Below, in pieces: positions 40,680 through 52,657 of a stretch of 64,000 bases of DNA (positions are counted from its first letter, which is position 1; each line of letters begins with the position of its first letter). The DNA comes from an uncultured delta proteobacterium (GTDB taxonomy: Bacteria > Desulfobacterota > Desulfobaccia > Desulfobaccales > 0-14-0-80-60-11). The stretch is from NCBI GenBank assembly GCA_963796215.1, contig CAWCKU010000012.1, positions 35,049 through 99,048 of the forward strand, given 5' to 3'. Both the position numbers and the translations under genes were made by a program. The notes beneath the pieces are model-generated. The model was not told where the DNA came from and did not search any database. It saw nothing but the letters and a program-made list of their open reading frames with translations.

Positions 40680-43600
40680 CTATTCCTCTTCCTCTGCCTT
40701 AACAAATGTCTCCACTTCTTTCAAGCAGTTTTGTAAACGTTGCAACGGTGGGCCTTCCTGGGACAGGCGCACCCGTAAGGTTTGGTCCTGAGTGAGGCGA
40801 AAGGTGTCCGGCTGGCTTTTCAACAGGCGGACGAGGCGCGGCAGGTCCAGGCGCTCCGGTTGGGCAAACTGCAACCGGGCGAAGCTGTCCTGCACTTCCA
40901 GGCGTTTGAGGCCCAATTGCCGCAGCCGATGCTTGAGGCGCACCACCTCCAGAAGGTTGCGCCCTTCCGGAGGCAGCGGCCCGAAACGATCCTGGAATTC
41001 TTCCTCCAATTCCTGGACCATCTCCGGGGTCAGGCGGCCGGAAAGCCGCCGATACAGGGCCAGACGCTGCTGGACGTCCGGCACGTAGTCCTCGGGCAGA
41101 TAGGCGGCCAGAGGCAGCCGGATCTCCGGGTCCGGAGCCAAATCCTCCGGCTCCCCCTTGAACTCCCGGATGGCCTGCTCCAGGAGTTGCAGGTAGAGCT
41201 CATAGCCCACCTCCGCCACCTGGCCCGATTGGGCCTGGCCCAGGAGATTGCCGGCGCCCCGGATCTGCAGGTCGTGCATGGCGATCTTGAAGCCGGAGCC
41301 CAATTCAGTGAACTCCATCAGGGCCTTCAGGCGTTTCTGGGCATCGTTGGAGAGGGCCGCCTCATCGGGCACCAGCAGGTAGGCATAGGCCTGGGCCTGG
41401 CTCCGGCCCACCCGGCCCCGCAACTGGTAAAGCTGCGCCAGTCCCAGGGTATGAGCCCGGTTGATGATGATGGTGTTGGCCGCGGGGATGTCCAGACCGG
41501 CTTCGATGATGGCGGTGCACACCAGAACATCCACTTCTTTGCGCCAGAAGCGCACCATCACCTTTTCCAGCTCTCGCTCCGGCATCTGGCCGTGAGCCAT
41601 GGCCACCCGGGCCTCCGGCACCATCTCCTGGACGTGGCGAGCCCAGGTGGCCAGGTTGCGCACCCGGTTGTGCACGAAAAAGACCTGGCCGCCCCGGGCC
41701 AGTTCCCGGCGGATGGCCGCCTGGATCACCGCTCGCTCCGGGCGGCACAGGTAGGTGCGCACCGACCGGCGGTCCTCCGGCGGGGTGTTGATCAGGCTCA
41801 GTTCCCGCAAGCCCGTCAGCGACAGTTGCAGGGTCCGGGGAATGGGGGTGGCGGTGAGGGTGAGCACGTCCACGGTGCGGCGCCACTCCTTCAGCCGCTC
41901 CTTCTGCTTCACCCCGAAGCGCTGTTCCTCGTCGATGATGGCCAGACCCAAATCCTTGAAGACCACATCCTTGGACAGCAGCCGGTGGGTGCCGATGATG
42001 ATGTCCACCTTGCCCCGGGCCAGGTCCGCCAGGATCTGACGCTGCTCCGCCGGCGATCTTGAACCGGCTCAGGGCCCGCACCTCCACCGGGTAAGGCGCC
42101 AGCCGGCGGCTAAAGGTCTCGTAATGCTGCTCCGCCAGCACCGTGGTGGGCACCAGCATGGCCACCTGCTTGCCGTCCATGGCCGCCTTGAAGGCGGCCC
42201 GCACCGCCACCTCGGTCTTGCCGTAGCCCACGTCGCCGCAGATGAGCCGGTCCATGGGCTTATCCGAAGCCATATCGGCCAAGACCTCCTGCGATGGCCT
42301 GCTCCTGGTCCGGGGTCTCGGCAAATTCGAAGGTGGCCTCGAACTCCCGGTACACCGGGTCCGGCGGCGAAAAGTGATGGCCCGGCAGCACCCGGCGCAA
42401 GGCGTAGAGTTCCACCAGTTCCCGGGCGATCTTTTCCACCGCCTTCTTGACCCGGCCCTTGGCCTTCTCCCAGTTCTTGCCCCCCAGGCGCTCGACCCGG
42501 GGCTCCACCCCTTCCACCCCCAGGTATTTCTGCACCAGGTTGAGGCGGTCCACCGGCAGGTAGAGGCGGTCGCCGTTTAAATATTCCAATTCCAGAAAAT
42601 CGTTGGCCTGGGGGCCGACGGAGAGCTTCACCAGCCCCCGGTAGATGCCGATGCCATGGTCCAGGTGGACGATGAAGTCGCCTTCCTCGAGGTCGGCCAG
42701 GGAGGCCAGGTCCTGAGGGGCGCGGGTTTCCTTGCGGCGCCGCCCTTCGGGCCGGAACCCGAGGGCCTCATCTTCGGTGAGGACGATGAGCCCCTGGGAG
42801 AGCAGCCGGAAGCCCCCGGAGAGTTCGCCCACGGTGATTTCCACCCGGCTGCCGGGCTCCCAGGTGGGCGTCAGGTTGACTTCTATCTCTAAATTTTCTT
42901 CCTGCAGCAGACGGGCCAGGCGCTCGGCCCGGTGCCGACTTTTGCCCACCAAAACGACGTGAAAACCGCCCTGTCGCCACTCTTCCAGGCGGCCGGCCAG
43001 GGCCGGCACCAGTCGCCCGGCTTCGGTCCCGGCCTCGGCCAACTCCCGGGCCAAACCGTCGTTTTTCTCCACCCGGTAATGCCAGTCCTTCTCCGGGTGG
43101 GCGTGGCCCCAGGGCAGCAGCGGGCAGAAAACCGTGCTGAATCGGCCCAGGCGCTCCTCCCAGGGGACCTGGTCCAGCCAGCCCTGAGGCTCATGGGCCG
43201 TATCCTCCACCACCTTTTTCAGCTCCCGGGCCAGGCTCATGGGGTCCCAGGCCACCACCACGGTCTCCGGCGGCAGCAGGTCCCACAGGGTCTGGGGCTG
43301 GTCGTAAAATTCTGACAGAAAGCGTTCGATGCGGGGGAAGTGGCGGCCTTCCTGGACGTTTTCCCAAAACTGCGGGTCCTGGCGGCGCTTGCGCCGGGCC
43401 AGGGCGTGTTCCCGGGTCTCGCCGTCCAGCACCACTTCGCTGGCGGGCAACACCACTAACTCGTCCAGGTTCCCCAGGGACCGCTGCGTCGCCGGATCGA
43501 ACCGCCGGATGGACTCCACTTCGTCGCCCCAAAACTCCAGGCGCACCGGCTGTTCATAGAGCGGCGGGAACAGGTCGATGATGCCGCCCCGGACGCTGAA

Positions 43601-44248
43601 TTCGCCCTTCTCCTCCACCACCGGCCGCCGGGCATAGCCCCCATCCAGCAGGTGCTGGAGAAATCCCGGGCGCTCCAGGTTCTCGCCGGGCAGCACGTAG
43701 GCCAGCAGGTTCCGCACCCGCTCGGCCGGCGGCAGCTTCTGGCGCAAGGCCAGGGCCGGGGCCACCATGAAGAAGGGTTGCGCGGCGGTCAGGGCCACAT
43801 AGGCCGCGGCCATCCTGGCGCAACTGATATCTGAGTCAAAGCTCAGTTCCCGGAAGGGCAGGACTTCGTGGCCCGGGAAGAGCCAAAGGCGCGCCCCGGG
43901 GCCGGCAGCCGGGTCCGCCGCCGCTCCGAGAAAAAAAGCCAGGTCCTTCAGGAAGGTCTCATGGCCCTCGCCGTTGGGGGTCACCAACAGGAAGGGCCGT
44001 TGCCAGTTGCCGAAAGAGGTTGGCCAGTAGGTAGGCCCCAGAGGCTGGGGTAAGACCTTGCAAAAAAACCTGGCTGGGTTCCTTGGCAAAACGCCGTCAA
44101 AAGGTGCTGGGATTCGACTCCCGTTGCCAAAGCAGAATGCATTGCTTAATGATATCCGTGAATTTATGAAATCTTCAAGTGGGCAGACACCGCGCTGCTC
44201 CAAGCCACGGCCAGACTGACCTGTAAGGCGGGCGTCCTCGCCCGCCAT
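40680..44248 (-). CDS. mfd: Transcription-repair coupling factor, split by frameshifts near 42055 and 42295; start uncertain
   Basis: [17 protein letters not shown] domain [41 protein letters not shown]-terminal domain. Confidence 0.95.
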
Positions 44249-44349
44249 TGTAAGCCGGGCCTGAAAGCCCGCCTGCCGGATACCCTTGATTTTTCGAAAA
44301 TCGGATTAATCATATTTCAGTTCTTAACTGCATGAGGACGGAAAAATCC

Positions 44350-45489
44350 ATGAAAATTAGTCCGATTTTTATAATCTTTTTGGCCTTGGGAACCTTGGCC
44401 GGCGGCTGGCAGCCGGCCCAGGCCAATCCAAAAGAGGAACCAAAACGGAGTGCAACAATGAATGACACGCAAAAAAATCTGCCCGTCGCCACCCTGGCCG
44501 GCGGCTGTTTCTGGTGCGTCGAATCGGACTTCAGAAAGCTCCCCGGGGTGGTGAAGGTGGTCTCCGGCTATGCCGGCGGCCGCGGCGCCAATCCCACCTA
44601 TGAAGACTATGCCGGAAAGGGCTACGTGGAGGCGGTCCAGGTCTTTTACGATCCTCAGAAGGTCACTTATCAGCAACTGCTGGACTACTTCTGGCGGCAC
44701 CTGGACCCCACCGACGCCGGCGGGCAGTTCGTGGATCGCGGACCTCAGTACCGCGGCGTCATCTATTACCACGACGAGGAGCAAAGGCGCCTGGCGGAGG
44801 AGTCCAAAACGGCCCTGGGGCGTTCCGGACCTTTCCAGAAGCCCATCGTCACGGAGATCAGCAAGTTCACCAATTTTTATCCGGCGGAGGATTACCACCA
44901 GGATTATGCCCATAAAAACCCGGTGCGCTATAAGTATTATCGCTGGAATTCCGGCCGGGACCAGTTCCTGAAGAAGACTTGGGGCACAGAGATGCCGGCT
45001 GCCCCCGATGATCCGCCCGGTGACGCCCCTGCCGGCAGCCAGAAATATACCAAGCCCAGCGATGAGGTGCTCCGGAAAAAGCTGACCCCCCTCCAGTACA
45101 AGGTGACCCAGCAGGAAGGCACGGAACCGGCGTTTAAGAACGAGTATGCCGACAACCATCGGGAAGGCATCTATGTGGATATCGTCTCGGGCGAGCCGCT
45201 GTTCAGCTCCTTGGACAAATACGAGTCCGGCACCGGTTGGCCCAGCTTCACCAAACCCCTGGAGCCCGGCAACATCGTGGAGAAAAAAGACCGCCACCTC
45301 TTCACGGTGCGCACCGAGGTTAGGAGCAAACACGGCGACTCCCATCTCGGGCACGTCTTTGACGACGGGCCGCCGCCCACCGGTCTGCGCTACTGCCTGA
45401 ACTCGGCCGCCCTGCGCTTCATCCCCAAGGAGGACCTGGAAAAGGAAGGCTATGGCCGGTATCTTGGCCTGTTCTCCAAACAGAAATGA
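44350..45489 (+). CDS. msrAB: Exported bifunctional methionine sulfoxide reductase MsrA-MsrB
   Basis: Signal peptide; [14 protein letters not shown]; GTGWPSF, HLGHVF, RYCLNS. Confidence 0.95.
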   Translation: MKISPIFIIFLALGTLAGGWQPAQANPKEEPKRSATMNDTQKNLPVATLAGGCFWCVESDFRKLPGVVKVVSGYAGGRGANPTYEDYAGKGYVEAVQVFYDPQKVTYQQLLDYFWRHLDPTDAGGQFVDRGPQYRGVIYYHDEEQRRLAEESKTALGRSGPFQKPIVTEISKFTNFYPAEDYHQDYAHKNPVRYKYYRWNSGRDQFLKKTWGTEMPAAPDDPPGDAPAGSQKYTKPSDEVLRKKLTPLQYKVTQQEGTEPAFKNEYADNHREGIYVDIVSGEPLFSSLDKYESGTGWPSFTKPLEPGNIVEKKDRHLFTVRTEVRSKHGDSHLGHVFDDGPPPTGLRYCLNSAALRFIPKEDLEKEGYGRYLGLFSKQK

Positions 45490-45531
45490 GCCCAGGGCAG
45501 CAGTCCCTCTATCTTCGATTTAAGAAGGGCT

Positions 45532-45593
45532 TGGTGGCACAGGCTTTCTAGCCTGTGCGGAATTTTCGGCACAGCCTGGAAAGGCTGTGCCAC
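45532..45593. repeat. GGTGGCACAGG-type paired REP-like hairpins
   Basis: GGTGGCACAGGCTTTCTAGCCTGTGC...GCACAGCCTGGAAAGGCTGTGCCAC; relatives at ~13063 and ~56260. Confidence 0.7.
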
Positions 45594-45609
45594 TATATTG
45601 AGAAAGGTA

Positions 45610-46188
45610 TTATGAACCGCTCCTGGCTGCCAGGCCGGCGGTTACTCCTCCGACCTCAGCCAGGTCCACCTCCGCCTGCAGGGTGAGGTAGACCTGCCGG
45701 CTCAGCCCAACCCCGCCATGCTCCATCTCCACGTTGTAGGTTATGCCGAAATCTTCGCGGTTGATGGCGGTCTTGCCCTCGAAGCCAAAGCTCGTATAGA
45801 TCTTGCCATCATCCTCCAGGTGGGCCGGCCCGGCCCAGCGCACGTCGAGGCACACTGGCCGCGTTACCCCGCGTACGGTCAGGTCGCCGTGCACCCAGGC
45901 ATGGTCCAGGCCGGCCGGCTCCACCCGCGTGCTTTTGAAGCTGATGGTCGGGTACTGGGCCACGTCGAAGAAATCAGGGCTCTTCAGGTGGTCGTCCCGC
46001 TGCGCCACCCCGGTGTGCAGGGATGAGGCGTCTATTTCCACCTCCACGGCGGAGGCCGCCAGGTTCAGCGGATCGAAATCCAGGGTTCCCGTAATTTTGT
46101 TGAACAAGCCGAGCACCCAGGTCACCATCATGTGGCGCACCGAAAATTCGGCGACGGTATGGTAAGAATTGATCACCCATTTGGCCAC
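45610..46188 (-). CDS. YceI-like polyisoprenoid-binding protein
   Basis: FSVRHMMV, RDDHLKSPDFFD, GDLTVRGVTRPV, INREDFGI; the real stop may be near 45642. Confidence 0.92.
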   Translation of the reverse strand: MAKWVINSYHTVAEFSVRHMMVTWVLGLFNKITGTLDFDPLNLAASAVEVEIDASSLHTGVAQRDDHLKSPDFFDVAQYPTISFKSTRVEPAGLDHAWVHGDLTVRGVTRPVCLDVRWAGPAHLEDDGKIYTSFGFEGKTAINREDFGITYNVEMEHGGVGLSRQVYLTLQAEVDLAEVGGVTAGLAARSGS

Positions 46189-46749
46189 GACTTTCCTCCG
46201 ATATGAGCTTGTTCTTCCCGGTTACAGTCCAGTTCCCCTTCCTGACCCGGTTCCTGATCCATCTCCCTTCCCCAAATTAATCACCCCAGGATTGGTTGTC
46301 ACCCAAGGGAGAAATATATTGGCCGGATGAGACGGCACTAAAATTCAGCCATGACGTTATATATCTAGTCAATTATTTTCACTGATTGATTCATTTTATG
46401 AACATTTCCCTTTCTTACCCAACCAAACCCCTTAGCAGAAAAACCACCCTCAGGCCTTTCAACCCCGATAACTGTTCTTTTAACCGGCTCCTGAAGATAT
46501 TTTTTCCCTAGCCCTGATTGCTTTTGGGCCCCCCTGGGTTGTACTTCCTTTTCTGGTATCCCTCCGTCCCGTAAAACTGGCAAGATAATTGCACAATTAA
46601 GCCTTGAATAAAGTAAAACTGCTCTACCTAAAATTTGCTTTCAGAAAAATGAACAAATTCCCCACCCGACCAGGGGAACCGAGAGGTGTGGCCGGATGGG
46701 ATCGGCCGCTAGGCCATGATCCCAAAATCTACGATTCGGGAAGGTCAAT

Positions 46750-47454
46750 TTGCTGATACTCACCCGCAGGGTTGGTGAAGGCATCCTCATTGGCGACGGC
46801 ATCCGGGTGGTGGTTCTGGAAGTCCGGGGTAAACAGTTCCGCCTGGGGATCGAGGCCCCCATGGATGTGGTCGTCCTGCGGGATGAAATTTTCCAGCGTC
46901 TGGCCAAGGAAAACCTTCAGGCCTCCACCTTCCTTCTCCGTGACCTGCAAGACTTGAAGCAGCAGACCAACGGCAAAATCACCACCAGTTTCCGCCCTGC
47001 CGAGGCGCCGCCGGAGGTACCGCGCTTGCCGGTCGACACCGGTAAATTGGGGTCCATCCAGATCCCGGAAGATCAGCTCATCACCTTCAGTCAAGGCCTT
47101 TTGGGGCTCAACGAATTTTTTCAGTTCGTCCTGTTGGCTCCGCCGGAGACCTCGCCTTTTCTCATCCTGCAAGGCGTCGATCAACCGGAGCTGGCTCTGG
47201 CGGTGGTTGAACCAGCCAGCCTGGTGCCCAATTTCCGGTTTAACCGCCTCAACTCCAACCTGGAGGAGCTGAAAGCCCAAAGTCCCGAGGATTTACAGGT
47301 GTTCGTACCCCTGACCATCCCCAACGGACAGCCTGAGGCGGCCACCGCCAATCTGGTGACCCCCATCCTCATCAACCCGAGGCGTCGCCTGGGTAAGCAG
47401 GTAGTTCTGGAAAATCAGCAATATTCCCACCAACATCGCCTCCTGCCGAATTAA
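46750..47454 (+). CDS. CsrA-FliW in-frame fusion
   Basis: N-terminal [16 protein letters not shown]...RLGIEAP.DV.VLRDEI (CsrA); C-terminal [34 protein letters not shown] (FliW). Confidence 0.85.
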   Translation: MLILTRRVGEGILIGDGIRVVVLEVRGKQFRLGIEAPMDVVVLRDEIFQRLAKENLQASTFLLRDLQDLKQQTNGKITTSFRPAEAPPEVPRLPVDTGKLGSIQIPEDQLITFSQGLLGLNEFFQFVLLAPPETSPFLILQGVDQPELALAVVEPASLVPNFRFNRLNSNLEELKAQSPEDLQVFVPLTIPNGQPEAATANLVTPILINPRRRLGKQVVLENQQYSHQHRLLPN

Positions 47455-47660
47455 CCGTTTCGGGGTCTCTCTCCCCACTTAACCCCAGGCGCCCGGCGGC
47501 GGGAACCGCGCCGGTCTAATCTTACTCAGAATGTCCTATTCCTTGACTCCACCCATATTTGTGCTAATATGTACATGCCTTTTTTATCGAGGGTTTCATT
47601 TGTAAAAATAACTGGTTAAGAACTCCGCCGCTCACTGCGGGGCCGCACCCTAGATATGTA

Positions 47661-47732
47661 TGTGGTTATTTTAAACAAATCAATCCGCGTCAATTTGCCG
47701 TGTGGTTTTTTTAAACACCTCAAACCGCGTCA
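47661..47732. promoter_or_regulatory. Tandem 32-bp direct repeat (40-bp period) upstream of fdh, candidate operators
   Basis: TGTGGTTATTTTAAACAAATCAATCCGCGTCA vs TGTGGTTTTTTTAAACACCTCAAACCGCGTCA (28/32 identical). Confidence 0.65.
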
Positions 47733-47780
47733 GGTCAAGCCATTACTGGTCGCCGACTTCAAGATGGAGGTAAACAAGGC

Positions 47781-50481
47781 ATGAGCAAGGCAACCCTCAA
47801 CCTTAATGGGATGACGGTGGAGTTCCAGCCCGGTCAGACCATTTTAGAAGTGGCCCGGGGGCACGGGATCTATACCATTCCCACCCTGTGCTATCTGAAA
47901 GATACTACCGCCACCGGATCGTGTCGCATGTGCATGGTGGAGGTGGAAAAGGCCCGGACCCTGCTGCCGGCCTGCGCCACCGTGGTCAACCCCGGCATGG
48001 TGATCAAAACCGAATCCCCCCGGATTGACGCCGCCCGCAAGATGGTCCTGGAACTGCTGCTGGGCTCCGGCAACCACAACTGCCTGGTCTGTGAGGCCAA
48101 CGGCGAGTGCGAACTCCAGGCCCTGGCCTATCGCTATGAAGTCCCCACCCCCAGCTTTGCCAATCCTCCGGGCACCCAATACTATTACGAAGATAACAAC
48201 AGCATGATCGTCCGGGACTTCTCCAAGTGCATCATGTGCGGCCGTTGCGTCCGGGGCTGCAATGAGCGCCAGGTCAACCAGGCCATTAGCATCGGCTACC
48301 GGGGCTCGCACAACAAGATTGTGGCCAAGGCGGATTATCCTTATATCGATTCAGACTGCGTCTTTTGCGGCGAATGCGTGCAGTCCTGCCCCGTGGGGGC
48401 CCTGCTGGATAAAAACGCCATGCACCAGGGCCGTTCCTGGGAGCGCCGCCACGTCCGCACCACCTGCCCCTATTGCGGGGTCGGCTGCCAGATCGACCTC
48501 CACGTCAAAGGCGGCCAGATCGTCAAGGCCATGGGCGCCCAGGCCCTGCCCAACGAAGGCCGGCTGTGCGTCAAGGGCCGCTTCGGCCTGGGCTTCGTGC
48601 AGCATCCGGACCGCTTGAAAACCCCGCTCCTCCGCAAAACCAAAAATGGCGAACTGCAGGAAGCCACCTGGGATGAAGCCCTGGATTTCGTGGCCAGCCG
48701 CCTGAAGGAAGTCAAGGAGAAACACGGCCCCGAAAAGATGGGCGGCTGGAGTTCGGCCCGGACCACCAACGAAGAAAATTATCTCCTGCAAAAACTGATG
48801 CGCGCCGTGATCGGCAGCAACCATGTCGATCACTGCGCCCGTCTCTGACACAGCTCCACCGTGGCCGGACTGGCCGCGTCCTTCGGTTCCGGAGCTATGA
48901 CCAACTCCATCGCCGAATTGGAGGATGCCGATTGCATCCTGGTAATCGGCTCCAACACCAACGAAAACCATCCGGTGATTGCAGCCCGCATCAAGCGGGC
49001 GGCTCGCCTGAAAAATAAAGACCTGATCGTCATCGATCCTCGCAAACAAGATCTGGTGAAATTCTCCCGCCTCTGGCTGCGGCAGACTCCGGGCACCGAC
49101 ATCGCCGTGGTCAACGGCATGATGAATATCATCATCCAGGAAAAGCTTTACGACGAAACCTACGTCGCGCGAGCGCACCGAGAACTTCGAGGCCTTGAAA
49201 GAGATGGTGGCCAAGTACACCCCGGCCTATGTCGAAAAGATCAGCGGCGTCCCGGCCGACGCCCTGGCGGCGGCGGCCCGGATGTATGCCAGGGCCAAGG
49301 CCGGCTCCATCGTCTACTGCATGGGCATCACCCAGCACACCGTGGGCACCGACAACGTCAAGACCCTGGCCAACCTGGCCATGCTCTGCGGCAACGTCGG
49401 CATCTACGCCGGCGGCGTCAACCCCCTGCGCGGCCAGAACAACGTCCAGGGCGCCTGCGACATGGGCGGCCTGCCCAACGTCTTCTCCGGCTATCAGCCG
49501 GTCACCGACGCCAACAACCGCAAGAAGATGGAGGCGGCCTGGGGCGTTAAAAACCTCCCCGATTGGGTGGGCATGACCATGACCGACATGCTGCCGGCCA
49601 TCTCCAAGGGCGGCATCAAGTCCCTGTACATCATCGGCGAAAATCCGGCCCTCACCGATCCCGACTCCGACCACGCCATCAAGGCCATGCAGCAACTGGA
49701 CCTCTTGGTGGTCCAGGATATCTTTCTGACCGAAACCGGTAAGCTGGCCGACGTGGTCCTGCCGGCCTCCACCTTCGCCGAAAAAGACGGCACCTTCTCC
49801 AACACCGAACGCCGGGTGGCTCGGGTGCGCCAGGCCATCCCGCCGGTGGGACAAAGCAAACCCGACTGGAAGATCATCTGCGAGATTTCTAATCGCCTGG
49901 GCTATCCCATGAATTATGGCAGCCCCGAAGAAGTTTTCGAAGAGATTCGCCAGGTGACTCCCGCCTATGCGGGGATTTCCTATAAGCGTCTCGATGCCGG
50001 CGGCCTGCAATGGCCCTGCCCCAACGAGGAGCACCCGGGCACCGTCTATCTCCACAAGGACCGTTTCGCCAAGGGCCTGGGGACGTTTTTTGCCATCGAC
50101 CACCACGATCCGGCTGAGATGCCCGACGCCCAATACCCGCTCTATCTCACCACCGGGCGGCTCTTGTATCAATATCATTCGGGCACGATGAGCCGGCGGG
50201 CCCCCGGCCTGGCGGAAAAAGCGCCGGAGTGCCAGGTGGAACTGGCCGCCTCGGATGCCGCCAAATACGGCATTGCCGCCGGCGACCAGGTGAAGATTCG
50301 CACCCGCCGCGGCGAGATCACCGCCAAGGCGCAAATCTCCGCCAAGGCCGTTCCCGGCACCGTTTTCCTGCCGTTTCATTTCGCCGAGGCCTCGGCCAAT
50401 AAACTGACCAACGCCGCCCTGGATCCGGTCTCCAAGATTCCGGAATACAAGGTCTGTGCGGTGCAGATCGAGAAAGCATAA
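47781..50481 (+). CDS. fdhF: Selenocysteine-containing cytoplasmic formate dehydrogenase alpha subunit (NuoG-like Fe-S N-terminus); frameshift near 49170
   Basis: Fe-S motifs, [10 protein letters not shown], in-frame TGA at 48846 in [28 protein letters not shown]. Confidence 0.93.
48861..48877 (+). promoter_or_regulatory. Bacterial SECIS hairpin
   Basis: GTGGCC-GGACT-GGCCGC stem-loop 12 nt after the in-frame UGA, with G in the loop. Confidence 0.75.
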
Positions 50482-50492
50482 GGAGGCCGACC

Positions 50493-52342
50493 ATGAGCAC
50501 TCATTCAGGATGCACCTGCCAGACGGCAGCGCCCCTCAGCCCGGAAATAATGACTAAGGTGGACGCCATCATCAACCGGCACAAAGATCAGGCCGGCGCC
50601 CTGATGCCCGTCCTGCAAGAGGTCCAGGAGGCGGTGGGCTATCTCCCGCCCGCGGTCCAGGAGCGCATCGCTACTGCCCTCAATATCCAGGGCAGCGAAG
50701 TCTTTGGGGTGATGAGCTTCTATTCCATGTATACCTGGAAGCCCAAAGGCAAATACGTGATTCGCATGTGCGAGTCGCCGCCGTGCCACGTGGGCAATGC
50801 CGAAAACATGCTGCACGCCCTGCAGCAGGAACTGGGTCATCGGCGTGGGCGAAACCACCGCCGACGGCCTCTTCACCCTGGAGCTCACCGCCTGTCTGGG
50901 GGTCTGCGAAGTGGCCCCCGCCATGCAGATCAACGAAGTGGTGATCGGCAACCTCACCCCCGCCAAGATCAAGCAGGTACTGGGCGACTACCGGGCCGGC
51001 AAAGTCCCGGACTATAAACAGTTGCCTTTTAGCACCAATGATTTCCGCAAGTATAAACAGAGTCCCACCGAGCTGATCCTGCTGGACCACGTCGGCGTCA
51101 TCGATCCCACCAAGGTCGAAGATTATGTGGCCAAGGGCGGCTACACCACCTTGAAGAAGGTGGTCACCACCATGACCCCGGAGGCGGTGGTGGAGGAAGT
51201 GAAGACCTCCGGCCTGCGCGGCCGGGGCGGCGCCGGTTTCCCCACCGGCCTCAAGTGGTCCTTTACCCGGCCGTTGCCCGCCCCGAAATACGTCATTTGC
51301 AACGCCGATGAAGGTGAACCCGGCACCATCAAGGACCGCTACCTCATGGAGGGCGACCCCCACAAGGTCCTGGAAGGCATGGCCATCGCCGGCTTTGCCG
51401 TCGGGGCCTCCAAGGGCTTCATCTATGTCAGGGGCGAATACTACCTCTCCAAGCTTAGGCTGAACCAGGCCATCGCCCAGGCGAAGGCCAAGGGCTATTT
51501 AGGGGAGAAGCTCTTCGGCACCGACTTCTCCTTTGACATCGAAGTCCGCTCCGGCTTCGGCTGCTACATCTGCGGCGAGGAAACCGCGCTCATCGAATCG
51601 ATTGAGGGCAAGCGCGGCTATCCTCGCATGAAGCCGCCCTTCCCCGGCGTCGCCGGTCTCTGGCATCAGCCCACCATCGTCAATAACGTCGAGAGCCTGG
51701 CCAGCGTCCCGGCCATCCTGGAGAAAGGCGGGGCCTGGTACAAATCCCTGGGCACGGCCGATACCACCGGCACCAAGATCTACCAGATCATCGGCCACGT
51801 CAAGACCCCGCAGATCGTGGAAGTGCCGGCGGGCATCACCTTGCGGGAACTGATCGACAACTACGGCGGCGGTCTGCGTCAAGGGCAGCAAGTTCAAGAT
51901 GTGCCAGACCGGCGGCGCCTCGGCCGGCCTGGTCACCGAGGCAGCCCTGGACACCCCCATCGACTATGGCTCCATGTCCAAGGTCGGCGGGGCCTTGGGC
52001 TCCGGCACCATGCTGGTGATGGACGAAGGCGTTTGCGCCGTGGACTTTATCCGCTCCGTGGCCCAATTCTTCCGCCATGAGTCCTGCGGCCAATGCACCC
52101 CCTGCCGGGAAGGGACGCCCCGCCTCCTGGAAACCATGACCCGCATCTGTCAGGGCCGGGGCAAAATGGAGGATCTGGACTTTATGGAGCGGCTGGCCGG
52201 CGTCTTGACCGACGCCTCCTTCTGCCCCCTGGGGCAGACCGCGGCCCAACCCATGATGAGCGCTTTGAAGAACTTCCGCCAGGAATTCGAGGAGCACATC
52301 CAGGAGAAGAAATGCCGGGCCGGAGTCTGTAAGCTCGGCTAA
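50493..52342 (+). CDS. Fused NuoE-NuoF-like NAD(H)-binding subunit; frameshifts near 50835 and 51880
   Basis: CESPPC...CLGVC [2Fe-2S] runs in frame into GLRGRGGAGFPTG, NADEGEPG, YICGEETAL, ESCGQCTPCREG. Confidence 0.9.
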
Positions 52343-52560
52343 AGTGTATAATTCTAGCACCACAGCAAGGGCCGCCCCGGCAGCTGCCCGGGGTGGCCTT
52401 TGCTGTCTCGTGCCAATGCATCTAAGAAGCCCAGGATCACCGGGTTAAAGGTGCCTTTGTGACCTGATCACCGCATACAACCATTCCCAGCTTCCCATCT
52501 AAAGTTCAAGCCCTTTTCCTCAAAAAAATTTATTCCGCCCACTCAGCGGGGCCCTTGACT

Positions 52561-52603
52561 TTGACCCTTGCAAGTCTAATATATATAACCTATTATATAT
52601 AAC
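52561..52603 (+). promoter_or_regulatory. Sigma70 promoter overlapped by a ModE-like box
   Basis: TTGACC(52561)-N17-TATAAC(52584); TATATA-N6-TATATA at 52582-52599. Confidence 0.55.
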
Positions 52604-52657
52604 AGGAAATCTTATTAGCCTCGAACAACTATCCTCACCGAAAAGAGGAAGCGATTC

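Noticed and set aside
38277-44248. Programmed frameshifting or pseudogenes in asnS, surA-like and mfd
   Set aside because: No consistent slippery sites; breaks are spread across the whole window, which fits sequencing error
48846-48848. Premature stop in fdh
   Set aside because: It is at the conserved selenocysteine position and is followed by a SECIS-like hairpin
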